Source: Pyrodictium abyssi
GTDB taxonomy: Archaea > Thermoproteota > Thermoprotei_A > Sulfolobales > Pyrodictiaceae
Length of the DNA stretch: 32,000 nt
Direction of reading: 5' to 3'
Assembly (NCBI RefSeq): GCF_036323395.1
Contig: NZ_AP028907.1
Span: forward strand, 120,001 to 152,000
Shown here: one piece after another, positions 8,708-17,048 of the stretch
How the letters are laid out: each line of letters opens with the position of its first letter
Numbering within the stretch: position 1 is the stretch's first letter
Made by a program: the position numbers and the translations under genes
Notes under the pieces: generated by a model
The model's database searches: none
Told to the model about the DNA's origin: nothing
Seen by the model: the letters and a program-made list of their open reading frames with translations, nothing else

Positions 8708-9151
8708 GTGTACTCGAAGCAGCGTAGTGGGGCTAGAGCTGCTGTGGCGCCGCCATTCTACACGCTACAGGGTATCATACTGCAGCTCGAGCGCGGTATC
8801 CGGGTAGTCCGGAGGCTCCCCAAGCTGCAGCATCTCGACACAAGGTTGCTGCGCGGCGTGATAGCTGACTTTCTGAAAGACTTGAGCCACCTAGCAGTGT
8901 ACTCGCAGCTGCAGGGGCTAGGCGACGAGCGCTTCTACGGCGTAGTAGCCCGGTGTAGCCGGCTCTTTACCGAGGTCGGGCGGGCTGTGAGCACCCTGGA
9001 GGCGTTGGCGGAGCTTCAGAGGGTAGACCTACCCAGAGCTACGAAGAGGCTAGCAGAGACGCTAGCAGCTGACCCATGCCTGGAGGAGCTGGAGAAGCTT
9101 CTGGCAGAGGTAAAGAACACTATGGATACGCGAGGGCAGAAGAGTGGCTAG
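8708..9151 (+). CDS. Hypothetical helical protein (~147 aa if the GTG at 8708 is used)
   Basis: This is the only ORF in a ~480-bp gap. The ATG at 8600 would overlap the upstream gene by 71 nt and adds a Pro/Ser-rich stretch, so an in-frame GTG at 8708 is more plausible. I recognise no motif. The 3' end overlaps the pdxT stop by 4 nt. Confidence 0.35.
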   Translation: MYSKQRSGARAAVAPPFYTLQGIILQLERGIRVVRRLPKLQHLDTRLLRGVIADFLKDLSHLAVYSQLQGLGDERFYGVVARCSRLFTEVGRAVSTLEALAELQRVDLPRATKRLAETLAADPCLEELEKLLAEVKNTMDTRGQKSG

Positions 9152-9750
9152 CGCTTGACCTTCTCTAGGAAGTAGCGGTGTATCCTCGTGTCACCGGTTA
9201 GCTCGGGGTGGAAGGCTAGTGCTAGCTTGCCGTCCTCCTCGGCCGCGACTGTGACACCGTCTAGCTCTGCTATGGCCTCTGCTCTGCCCCATAGCTTGGT
9301 TATCGCTGGGGCGCGGATGAAGACTCCGCGGAAGGGCTTCTCGCCTAGAGCTAGTATCTTGAGGTCTACCTCGAAGCTCTCCCTCTGCCTCCCGTAGTAG
9401 TTCCTCACCACCTCGATGTTCATAACCGCTAGTAGCGGCTGCTTGGTCTCGCCTACGACGCGGTCCCGGACACTCTTAGCTAGCAGCGCTGCGCCAGCGC
9501 ACGTGCCCATAGCCGGGAGCCCGGACTCGAGTAGGTCGCGCAGCTCGTCGAGGAGGCCGACGCGGCGGGCTACTACGCCTATCGTCGTGCTCTCGCCGCC
9601 GGGGATTATCACAGCGTCTAGGCCGCGGAGGCTGCTAGGCTTCTTCACCAGTACGGGCTCTATGCTCCAGCCGGTCTCCTGGGCCAGCCTGCGTAGCATG
9701 TGTAGGTGCTCGTAGAAGCCTCCCTGGAGAGCCAGGATACCCACCTTCAC
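9148..9750 (-). CDS. pdxT: Pyridoxal 5'-phosphate synthase glutaminase subunit PdxT
   Basis: MKVGILALQGG start, catalytic GTCAG cysteine and FHPE His/Glu motif. The protein is 200 aa, and the gene starts 2 nt after the pdxS stop. Confidence 0.95.
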   Translation of the reverse strand: MKVGILALQGGFYEHLHMLRRLAQETGWSIEPVLVKKPSSLRGLDAVIIPGGESTTIGVVARRVGLLDELRDLLESGLPAMGTCAGAALLAKSVRDRVVGETKQPLLAVMNIEVVRNYYGRQRESFEVDLKILALGEKPFRGVFIRAPAITKLWGRAEAIAELDGVTVAAEEDGKLALAFHPELTGDTRIHRYFLEKVKR

Positions 9751-9752
9751 GG

Positions 9753-10820
9753 CTAGTCGCCCCTTACCTGTAGCAGCTCCTCGGGCTTGAGCTTACGTAT
9801 GTCTATGCCCATCATGCTCTTCTGTTCGCTTATCATCGCCTGGGCCTCTGCTACGGTCTCCGGGTCATCCCACATGCTCGTGGCGAGGACTATCGCTGCA
9901 GCGCGCTCTCTGGGGTCACTGCTCTTGAATATACCGGAGCCGACGAACACGCCGTCGGCGCCCAACCACATCATTAGCGCAGCGTCCGCTGGCGTGGCTA
10001 TGCCGCCGGCGGCGAAGTTTACTACTGGGAGGCGGCCGAGCCGTGCTGTTAGCTCTACTAGCTGGTGTGGCACGCCATACTCGCGGGCTACACGCATCCT
10101 CTCCTCCGGCGTCATGCCGCGGAGGCTCCATATCTCCTTCACGATTATCTTCATGTGGCGTACCGCCTCGGCCACGTTGCCTGTGCCCGCCTCGCCCTTC
10201 GTACGGATCATGGCAGCGCCTTCTGTTATACGGCGGAGGGCTTCGCCAAGGTTCCGGGCGCCGTTAACGAAGGGTACCTTGAACAGCCACTTGTTGATGT
10301 GGTGTTTCTCGTCTACGGGCGTGAGTACCTCGCTCTCGTCTATCATGTCTACGCCTATGCTCTCGAGTATGGCGGCTTCGTAGTAGTGGCCTATACGCAC
10401 CTTAGCCATGACCGGTATAGTGACTGTGTCCATGACCTGCTGTATCACCTTCACGTCGGCCATGCGGGCTACTCCGCCCTGGCGGCGGACGTCGTAGGGC
10501 AGCTTGTCGAGGACCATCACTGAGGCCGCACCGGCCTCCTCCGCTATCCCGGCTTGCTCGGTGTTCGTCACGTCCATGCAGACGCCGCCCTTCTGGAACA
10601 CGGGGAACCCGTACTTGACGCGGAGGGTGCCGCGGGCGGGTATCTCGATGTACTCTGGGAGCTTCTCTGGGCCGTACTGGAACCAGCCGTCCTCGCGGAG
10701 CCTATCAGCAGCCTCGGCTAGGCGGTAGAAGAAGTCCACTATACGGTCAAACCCGACTTCGTATAGACGGGCTCTCTCCACGCCTACGTGGTAGGGGGGT
10801 AGTGTCACAGCCTGGTGCAC
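9753..10820 (-). CDS. pdxS: Pyridoxal 5'-phosphate synthase lyase subunit PdxS
   Basis: [22 protein letters not shown] and GEAGTGNV motifs, 355 aa, GTG start. About 55-60 aa of extra N-terminal sequence precede the conserved core. Confidence 0.95.
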   Translation of the reverse strand: MHQAVTLPPYHVGVERARLYEVGFDRIVDFFYRLAEAADRLREDGWFQYGPEKLPEYIEIPARGTLRVKYGFPVFQKGGVCMDVTNTEQAGIAEEAGAASVMVLDKLPYDVRRQGGVARMADVKVIQQVMDTVTIPVMAKVRIGHYYEAAILESIGVDMIDESEVLTPVDEKHHINKWLFKVPFVNGARNLGEALRRITEGAAMIRTKGEAGTGNVAEAVRHMKIIVKEIWSLRGMTPEERMRVAREYGVPHQLVELTARLGRLPVVNFAAGGIATPADAALMMWLGADGVFVGSGIFKSSDPRERAAAIVLATSMWDDPETVAEAQAMISEQKSMMGIDIRKLKPEELLQVRGD

Positions 10821-10977
10821 CGAGATGGCGGGTGTGCTGTGTACCCGGGGAGTGATAAACCTGTATCCCCCGAGGATAGACAGATAGATAACCAGGTTAT
10901 GTCTAGTGCAGCTGAAGCGAGCCGGCCCGGCCCCGCGTCACGGTAGAAAAGCGCTGGGCGCACTAGCGCCTGGCTGC

Positions 10978-12024
10978 CTAGGCCCTAGCCTTCCGGAAGT
11001 ATGGTATCGCTACCAGTGTTAGAGTGTCACGTACCTCTCTCATGCCGCGTATTCTCCGCGTCACTATCTCCGCCACCGTGTCTACATCGCTGGCCTCTAC
11101 CCTGGCTACTAGGTCGTATATGCCCGGTACACTGAGCACCTCTTTGACCTCGTCTATCTCGGCGAGCTTGGCTGCTACGTCCTGCTCGCGGCCAGGCTCA
11201 ACGTTTATCAGTACTAGCGCCACCGTCCTGAGGCCTACCTTCTCTATGTGGTTTAGCGCCGCGAAGGCTAGGTCCGTCGCCGTCACTACCCTGTCTGCGT
11301 TTGCCTCTTTATCGTGGACTACCAGCCGTAGTACGTCGTTCTCCTCCATCAGCTCTACTGCAGCGCGTGCATCGAAGTCCGCTGGCACCCTTATCGCTTC
11401 TCCACGGGCGTAGTCGCCGACCCTAGCCTCGGCCGGGTTTACGCCCTCCGCGAGCGCGGCTAGGAAGTCCCATTCGCGGAGTATTTTGAGCTCGTCTCCG
11501 CTGCGCACGAATACCTCTGTCACGCCGTTACTGTCCATGGCCTTGGCCGCGGCTTGAAGGCTCGCATCGGGGTCGATCACCACCATGTTTCTAGACTTCG
11601 CCTCCACGGTGGCTGTGCCGTAGGGTATGAGCCTCCATAGGTGGAAGGCTATGTGGCGTGGCTCCACGTGGCCGCGTATCTTGTTGCGGTGGTCTACTAC
11701 TGGCAGGAAGCGCACCATCTCCTTCTTCATTATCCTTAGCGCCTCGTCAATCGGGTCGTCTAGCCTGACTACTACCGGGTCTGTGACAGCGTATTCGGCT
11801 ACACGCGCCTTGTCGAGATCGGTGCCCTCGGCTACCGCCTTGACTAGGCGGCGTAGGCTGAGGACGAGGCTTGGCCTCTTCTCCGCGTCTAGCGTCACTG
11901 TTGCTGTTGCGCGGTTGGCTAGCATGACCTCGGCTGCTTTTCTTAGCGTTAGGTCCGCAGCGGCTATGGGGAGCCTCCTAGCCTCCATGACGTCCTTGAC
12001 GAGGGGGAGTATCTGCCCCGTCAT
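10978..12024 (-). CDS. Four-CBS-domain protein with a C-terminal Lrp/AsnC-type ligand-binding (RAM) domain and no HTH
   Basis: I chose the ATG at 12024 (MTGQILPLVKDVM...) because the TATA-like TTATAAAT sits 32-39 nt upstream, inside the longer ORF that runs to 12153. The protein has four CBS-like repeats. Its C-terminus (ALVLINVEPG...VPGIYDLVARVEA...VRDTLTLVAI) looks like an AsnC-type effector domain. Confidence 0.85.
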   Translation of the reverse strand: MTGQILPLVKDVMEARRLPIAAADLTLRKAAEVMLANRATATVTLDAEKRPSLVLSLRRLVKAVAEGTDLDKARVAEYAVTDPVVVRLDDPIDEALRIMKKEMVRFLPVVDHRNKIRGHVEPRHIAFHLWRLIPYGTATVEAKSRNMVVIDPDASLQAAAKAMDSNGVTEVFVRSGDELKILREWDFLAALAEGVNPAEARVGDYARGEAIRVPADFDARAAVELMEENDVLRLVVHDKEANADRVVTATDLAFAALNHIEKVGLRTVALVLINVEPGREQDVAAKLAEIDEVKEVLSVPGIYDLVARVEASDVDTVAEIVTRRIRGMREVRDTLTLVAIPYFRKARA

Positions 12025-12165
12025 GTTCCTCACCCGGGGCGCCCAGGTAGGGAGATTTATAATGTAGAATTGGGCTGCCGCTTCTATAAAAACGTTTCTA
12101 TGGGCGGCGGCGCCTCGCCAACCCTTATTTAAGCCTGGCAAGGGGCTACGCAAGGGGGAGCCGAA
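12025..12165. promoter_or_regulatory. Divergent promoter region
   Basis: For the minus-strand gene the TATA-like box is TTATAAAT (12056-12063). For the plus-strand gene there are TATA-like CTATAAAAAC (12084-12093) and TTATTTAA (12125-12132, 34-41 nt upstream of the ATG at 12166). A GGGGGAG Shine-Dalgarno-like run lies at 12154-12160. Confidence 0.4.
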
Positions 12166-12510
12166 ATGGTTACTGATAAGCTGCTTAGAGCCTTCGTAGC
12201 CTTGCTGGCCCTATCCTACCTCGGGATCAACCTAGCAGTGCCGCTGCCCAGGTTCCTCGTAGCGGAGAACCTTGTACTAGCAGCAGCCTACACCGCCGCG
12301 CTAATAGGGCTACTGAAGGGAATGAGGAAGACTAGTGCCTACCTCGTTCTCCTCGCGGGCTTCAACGCGGGCAGAGTCTCCCGCAGCATAGTCTCGCCGA
12401 CCGGCGAGCTAGGCAGACTAGCAGCCGAGCACGTGCCGCTACTGGCCCTCATCCTGCTAGTGGCGCTGCTAGCGCTACGCGAGACCCTCCGCGCCATGGA
12501 GCAGGGGTAG
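12166..12510 (+). CDS. Small membrane protein (3-4 TM helices), hypothetical
   Basis: 114 aa, strongly hydrophobic, with a promoter and SD-like context upstream. Confidence 0.55.
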   Translation: MVTDKLLRAFVALLALSYLGINLAVPLPRFLVAENLVLAAAYTAALIGLLKGMRKTSAYLVLLAGFNAGRVSRSIVSPTGELGRLAAEHVPLLALILLVALLALRETLRAMEQG

Positions 12511-12561
12511 CGGGCGCGCTCTGCGCCGGCCCGGGGAAGCACCACTCATGGTGTCCCTGCC

Positions 12562-13566
12562 GTGCTCGTGGCAGGGGTGGATGCAGGGGCCTCGCACACG
12601 CGGGCCCTGGTCTACGATACTGGCAGCGGCGGCGTATGGGCGGGCGCTGCTGGGCCGGGTAACCCGGTTAACGTCGGCGCGGCTGCCGCCGGGGCTGCTG
12701 TACGCGAGGCCATCGAGGATGCGCTGCGGGGCACCGGGCATAGGGCCGGGCGCATATCCGTGGTGGTGGCTGGGTTTGCGGGGCTTGACAGTAGGATTCT
12801 CGTCGGGCAGCTAGCCGGCCTTATAGCCTCGGCTAGCGGCTACGGGGATAGGCTAGTAGTTGAGCACGATGCGCACATAGCCCTGGTGCATGCTACTGGC
12901 GGCGCTCCCGGCGTCCTGGTTATAGCGGGGACAGGGAGCATAGCCTACGCGCTATCCCCGAGCGGCGAGAGGATAATCGTTGGGGACCATGGCTGGCTCC
13001 TGGGGGACGAGGGGAGCGGCTTCTGGGTCTCCCGGGCCGCTCTACGCAAGCTGCTCCGCGTGCTCGACGGCCGTGAGCAGCGTAGCTGCCTAACAGACGC
13101 TGTGGCCCGCGCCCTGGGAGTTACCAGCGGCGACGAGCTGGCGTACTGGTTCTACCTTACGCGGGGCCGCGTAGACCGCATCGCTGGCCTCGCCCTCCAC
13201 GTTGCCCGCGCCGCCGAGGAGGGCTGCGGGGAGGCCCGCGAGCTGCTAGAGCAGGGCGCCGAGGAGCTAGCCTGGGCCGCCGTCGTGGCTGCCCGGAGGG
13301 CCGGCCTAGACACCGTCTACGTGACGGGCTCCATGTTCCGGAGCCGGGTCTTCCGGGACAAGTTCAGAGCGGGGCTGGAGGAGCACGGGCTGTGGATGAG
13401 CAGTAGGGAGGTCTACCCTGCTCTGGGCGCGTTGATGCTAGCCCTGGAGAAGGCAGGGCTGAGAGAGGAGGCAGAAGCCGTGGCTGAGGACCCCGTGGTC
13501 CTGGAGGCCGCGCGGGGCCTCTACGAAGAGGGGACTAGCGCATCTGCTGGGTCAGCAGGGCTGTGA
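12562..13566 (+). CDS. BadF/BadG/BcrA/BcrD-type ATPase (N-acetylglucosamine-kinase-like, ASKHA fold)
   Basis: VAGVDAGASHTR phosphate-1 motif, LVIAGTGSIAY and GWLLGDEGSGFW motifs. 334 aa with a GTG start. Confidence 0.8.
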   Translation: MLVAGVDAGASHTRALVYDTGSGGVWAGAAGPGNPVNVGAAAAGAAVREAIEDALRGTGHRAGRISVVVAGFAGLDSRILVGQLAGLIASASGYGDRLVVEHDAHIALVHATGGAPGVLVIAGTGSIAYALSPSGERIIVGDHGWLLGDEGSGFWVSRAALRKLLRVLDGREQRSCLTDAVARALGVTSGDELAYWFYLTRGRVDRIAGLALHVARAAEEGCGEARELLEQGAEELAWAAVVAARRAGLDTVYVTGSMFRSRVFRDKFRAGLEEHGLWMSSREVYPALGALMLALEKAGLREEAEAVAEDPVVLEAARGLYEEGTSASAGSAGL

Positions 13567-14383
13567 AGCCGCCGAGGTACACCATGGCCTCCATCGCCCG
13601 GTAGGCCTCCTCCACGCTGGCCGCCCGGTAGCATACCCGGCGCCCTGTGTCCCGGTCGGTGCCCGGCATGAGGGCTGCTGTCTCCGCGTAGGCTGGGCTC
13701 ATGAACTCTATGCATACCTCTACCGCGTCCCAGCCCATCCGGAGCGGTTTCAGCTCGCCGGCACGGCTCCTCCGGATGGACTCCTTAACGGCTTCCCGCA
13801 GGTCTTCCTCAACCTCCTCGATGGAGGGCGACACGGATGATAGGTAGCCCGTGCTCCTCGACAGGGGGAGCCACACCGCCCAGGGAGTGTACTGCTCTAC
13901 CTCCTTGCCCAGCTCGCCGCTCCCCGCGACGAGGCCTACCGGTATACCCCATTCTCCTAGCAGCAGAGCGTTGAACAGGTACTCGGACGCCTCTAGCCCG
14001 TTGACCGTGAGCCTGTACACCACTCTACTCGAGAAGCTATGAGCGAGCACAGAGTCCACACCAGCCCGGGCATGGTAGCCGAGGAACACCGCGTAGCTCG
14101 AGCCACGGGCGCCAGCCACCATAGAGAGGCTCCGCGGGAACCCCCGCACCACCTCCACGCCGCGCGGCATCTGCTGCGGCTCGATGTTGACCATGAGCCC
14201 GTGGCTATCAGCTACCACTACACTGTAGCCCTGCTCGACCAGCAGCGCCGCTGCTAGGCGCGTAAGCCTAGTGGCGACTATGCGGAGCTCGCTAAAGAGG
14301 CTACGTCCCGGCATGAGCTGGAGCGGCGAGACTATGTAGGGCAGGCCCTCCGCGTCAACAGAGACAAACACTTTTCCAGCCAC
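13535..14383 (-). CDS. Peptidase M55 (DppA-type D-aminopeptidase) family protein
   Basis: The N-terminus KVFVSVDAEGLP and the VADSHG motif resemble the DppA metal-ligand pattern. 282 aa with a GTG start. The 3' end overlaps the convergent gene by 32 nt. Confidence 0.75.
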   Translation of the reverse strand: MAGKVFVSVDAEGLPYIVSPLQLMPGRSLFSELRIVATRLTRLAAALLVEQGYSVVVADSHGLMVNIEPQQMPRGVEVVRGFPRSLSMVAGARGSSYAVFLGYHARAGVDSVLAHSFSSRVVYRLTVNGLEASEYLFNALLLGEWGIPVGLVAGSGELGKEVEQYTPWAVWLPLSRSTGYLSSVSPSIEEVEEDLREAVKESIRRSRAGELKPLRMGWDAVEVCIEFMSPAYAETAALMPGTDRDTGRRVCYRAASVEEAYRAMEAMVYLGGFTALLTQQMR

Positions 14384-14437
14384 TGTGCCAGCACCCTGTG
14401 GGGCTAGCGCCGCTGAAGGTAATAATGCTGGAGCCTT

Positions 14438-15226
14438 TTACTGCCGCTGCGGGCCGGCGGCCGCCGCTCTCGCTTTCGAGGCCTCCACGTGGTCTAGGTA
14501 TAGCTTGTAGAGGCGGAGTAGCTCCTCCTCCGCCTCCCCGGGGTCCCCGTAGACGAGCACCGCCTCGTCTACCAGGGTTTTCGCGAGCGCCGGGCTAACC
14601 CCCAGGTCCAACACCACGAGGTCCACTGGCACGCCTAGCTCGTCCTCGAGCACAGCTTGGAGCCTGCCCACCTCGAGCATACTCCGTGGCCTACGCCCGA
14701 GCCTAACTGCCAGATCCACGTCCCTGCCGCAGCCGCTGCGCGCTAGCGAGCCGAACAGGAGGACCAAGCGTAGCCCGAGGCGCTCCGCTGCCCTGCGTAT
14801 CCGCTGCTTCACCTCGCCGATACAGGGGTCGTCCCGGGCCAGCTCCGCGAGCCGCGCGACCACATGGGGCGTCTTCTCGGCTATCTCCCTGAACGCCTCC
14901 ATCTCGAGCTCTCTGTTTATCTCGGCGTACATGTGGACGAGTATATTACGGAACCCTGCGAGCCCTTCAAGGAACTCCGCCAAGTCGCTGCCGAGCCCAG
15001 CGCGTCTGGCTAGCCACCTCGCCAGCTCGCGGTAGCTACCCGGCTTCGCCCCTCTCTCCCTAGAGGCGAGCACCGCGGCGAAGTCGAGGATGCACTGCGC
15101 TATGAGCTGGGCTAGCCTCTCAACCGCGTATACCCTCTCCTCGCCGCGCTCATACTCCCTTAGCGCGTCTACGAACTCCTCGTAGTAGCCCCTAATCATG
15201 CTGAGAAGCTCCTGGAGCCTCGACAC
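14438..15226 (-). CDS. Single-chain HEPN (DUF86/HepT-like) - minimal nucleotidyltransferase (MntA-like) fusion
   Basis: The N-terminal half carries RNILVHMY (the Rx4HxY HEPN/DUF86 motif; R93, H98, Y100). The C-terminal half carries LFGSLARSGCGRDVDLAV (GS-x8-DxD pol-beta NTase motif) plus a downstream VDLVVLD. Confidence 0.8.
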   Translation of the reverse strand: MSRLQELLSMIRGYYEEFVDALREYERGEERVYAVERLAQLIAQCILDFAAVLASRERGAKPGSYRELARWLARRAGLGSDLAEFLEGLAGFRNILVHMYAEINRELEMEAFREIAEKTPHVVARLAELARDDPCIGEVKQRIRRAAERLGLRLVLLFGSLARSGCGRDVDLAVRLGRRPRSMLEVGRLQAVLEDELGVPVDLVVLDLGVSPALAKTLVDEAVLVYGDPGEAEEELLRLYKLYLDHVEASKARAAAAGPQRQ

Positions 15227-15329
15227 ACCGCGCCCCTATGCTCTATGCGTCCACCACGCCAGGTAATAACGCCGCCACGGCACGCACCACGGATAGCGGG
15301 GGAGGGGCCACCCGCTGCGCGGCGCCGGG

Positions 15330-16400
15330 CTACACTCTAGCCAAGAGCAACAAGCTGCTCACGCTGAGCAGGATTATCAGCACAGCCTCGTTCTTGTCCA
15401 GCTCGCCGCCGCTCGCTATACTGTGCTGTACCAGCCATAGACCCGCCGCGAGCACGCCGAGCGTGTAGACGATGTAGCGGTCCAGGGGCAGAGGGAGCAG
15501 TATAGCCAGCACAGCGTATACTAGGAGCAGTGTAGCGCTAGTAGCTGCTATCAGCCCAAAGCCTGCCTCCTCGCGCCGCCCCCGCGCAGCCGCTAGGAGG
15601 TTCAGCGCAGCCTCCGGCGCCACGCCCACTAGGCCTATGAGGAGCCCCGCTGCGCCAAGACCCATGCCGTGAACCATGCCCTCGACCCCAGCGCTCATAG
15701 CCTCAGCAGCAGCTACGAGGCCGCCCAGGCCGCCGAGCAGCCATGGGGCCCATCCGAGCCCGCCAGCCCCCGCACCGGGCTCGCGGCCGGCCCTCACGAC
15801 CCAGAGTATGTAGACGAGGAAGAACACGAGGAGCGTCAGAGACGCCTCCAAGGGGTCCCTAGGCACCACTCCGAGGTAGGCAGCCTCCACCAACGCGTAG
15901 AGCACGATAACCGAGACAGCAGCCACCACCGCACGGAGCAGAGGCAGCTCTATAGCCGAAGCCTCTGAGGGCGTCCTTAGCCTGCCACGGCCCATGAGCA
16001 CAACGATGCCAAGCACAGCCAAGTTGAACCCAGCACTCACCATCACGGATAGTACTGCTAGCTCGACTAGCTCCGGGTTGCCCTCCGCCACACCCCTCGA
16101 GCCGATACTATAGGCCAGAAGCAGCTCCGGAGCAACAGCGAGACTATTCACCAGGACACCCGCCGCGTAGCGGCGAAGCCCATACGCGTGCGCAGCCTCC
16201 TCGAGCCCGTGGACCGTGACCTCGCCGAACCCAAGGATACCCAGAAGCCCGCCAACAACAGCCAGCACGACAGAGCCGCCGTGCGCGCCCCAGAGCCCCA
16301 CAGCGAGGCCGACAACGCCCAGCACTAGGTAGAGTGCTAGCCCGCGGCCAGCCATACACCACACCAGGGCAGACAGCAACCCCGGGAATGCTAAAACCAC
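15330..16400 (-). CDS. Ca2+/cation antiporter (CaCA, YrbG/NCX-like) membrane protein
   Basis: 356 aa with about 10 hydrophobic helices. Two internal repeats carry G/A-x-A-PE motifs (LAVAPELLLA and VGVAPEAALN) that resemble the alpha-1 and alpha-2 repeats. Confidence 0.55.
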   Translation of the reverse strand: MVLAFPGLLSALVWCMAGRGLALYLVLGVVGLAVGLWGAHGGSVVLAVVGGLLGILGFGEVTVHGLEEAAHAYGLRRYAAGVLVNSLAVAPELLLAYSIGSRGVAEGNPELVELAVLSVMVSAGFNLAVLGIVVLMGRGRLRTPSEASAIELPLLRAVVAAVSVIVLYALVEAAYLGVVPRDPLEASLTLLVFFLVYILWVVRAGREPGAGAGGLGWAPWLLGGLGGLVAAAEAMSAGVEGMVHGMGLGAAGLLIGLVGVAPEAALNLLAAARGRREEAGFGLIAATSATLLLVYAVLAILLPLPLDRYIVYTLGVLAAGLWLVQHSIASGGELDKNEAVLIILLSVSSLLLLARV

Positions 16401-16470
16401 CTAGCCCCGTCCCGACCGAGCTACGCTAGAGCCCCCTGGAGCCGCACAGAGCCTATAAGCAGCACTATCT

Positions 16471-16487
16471 CACAGTATCATACTGTG
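16471..16487. repeat. Perfect 17-bp palindrome CACAGTAT-C-ATACTGTG, followed by a second GTATCAT copy (16489-16495)
   Basis: Read directly. It lies in the 110-bp gap between the ATPase remnant and the antiporter gene start. Confidence 0.5.
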
Positions 16488-16511
16488 GGTATCATTGTCA
16501 AGAGGCCATGG

Positions 16512-16925
16512 CTAGATGCCAGCTAGGCGCTGGAACCCATCGATCACTATTACCGGCCTCTCGCCGAGGAGCCGGGCTGCGAAGCGTAGGAGATCGCGCA
16601 GCCACTGGAAGGAGGCCTCGAGCCCCGTTGCTACGGAGAGCTGGCGGGAGAGGTCGCGCAGCGCTAGCTCCCGCTCAGCGTAGTTGACTACAAGGTACAA
16701 GCCACGGCGGCCGCGGAGGAAGCGCCGTATGAGGAATGTCTTCCCCAGCCTCCTCCGCCCGTAGACCACCACCAGCTCTGACCGGCCGGAAGCATACACC
16801 TCTTCCAGAACTGCTAGCTCCCTCTCGCGGTCCACGAAACGCGTACCCAAGATACCCGGACCCCAGGGTCCCGTACTCCAGAGTACGTATCCCGTAGACA
16901 AGCTAGGTAAGTGGCTATCCCCCAC
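16512..16925 (-). pseudogene. N-terminal remnant of an archaeal ATPase (Arch_ATPase/ATPase_2-type P-loop NTPase)
   Basis: The sequence FVDRERELAVLEEV...VVVYGRRRLGKTFL (Walker A) ...VIVIDGFQ (Walker B with Gly where these proteins normally have DEFQ) is followed almost immediately by a stop. Full-length relatives are 2.5-3 times longer, and only 110 bp remain before the next gene. A likely original start is the TTG at 16850. Confidence 0.6.
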
Positions 16926-17021
16926 AGCGCTAGTATCGCACAGCCCCGCCCTCGGCTAGACTGTGTTGGAGCCCCGCGAGCAGGAGTTAGGATGGGCATG
17001 GATCAACGGCTCGAGGTACAG

Positions 17022-17038
17022 AGGGATCGTCGATCCCT
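17022..17038. repeat. Perfect 17-bp palindrome AGGGATCG-T-CGATCCCT, 11 nt downstream of the stop of the 116-aa ORF
   Basis: Read directly. It could form an 8-bp hairpin in the transcript. No oligo-T tract follows it. Confidence 0.4.
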
Positions 17039-17048
17039 GGGCATCGGG

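Noticed and set aside
13535-13566. 32-nt overlap of the convergent 3' ends of the BadF-type ATPase and DppA-like genes, and the 4-nt convergent overlap at 9148-9151.
   Set aside because: Short convergent overlaps are common in compact archaeal genomes. Nothing suggests a functional antisense arrangement.
16395-16440. Minus-strand sequence GGGGGCTCTAGCGTAGCTCGGTCGGGACGGGGCTAGG resembles the acceptor and D-arm of a tRNA, raising the idea of a tRNA fragment or att site at the edge of the decayed region.
   Set aside because: No T-arm (GTTCRAATC-like) and no proper anticodon stem-loop follow, and the D-stem needs a mismatch. The similarity is too weak without a search. An imperfect resemblance between 16401-16421 and 17980-18000 needs several gaps in GC-rich sequence, so I did not accept it as flanking direct repeats either.
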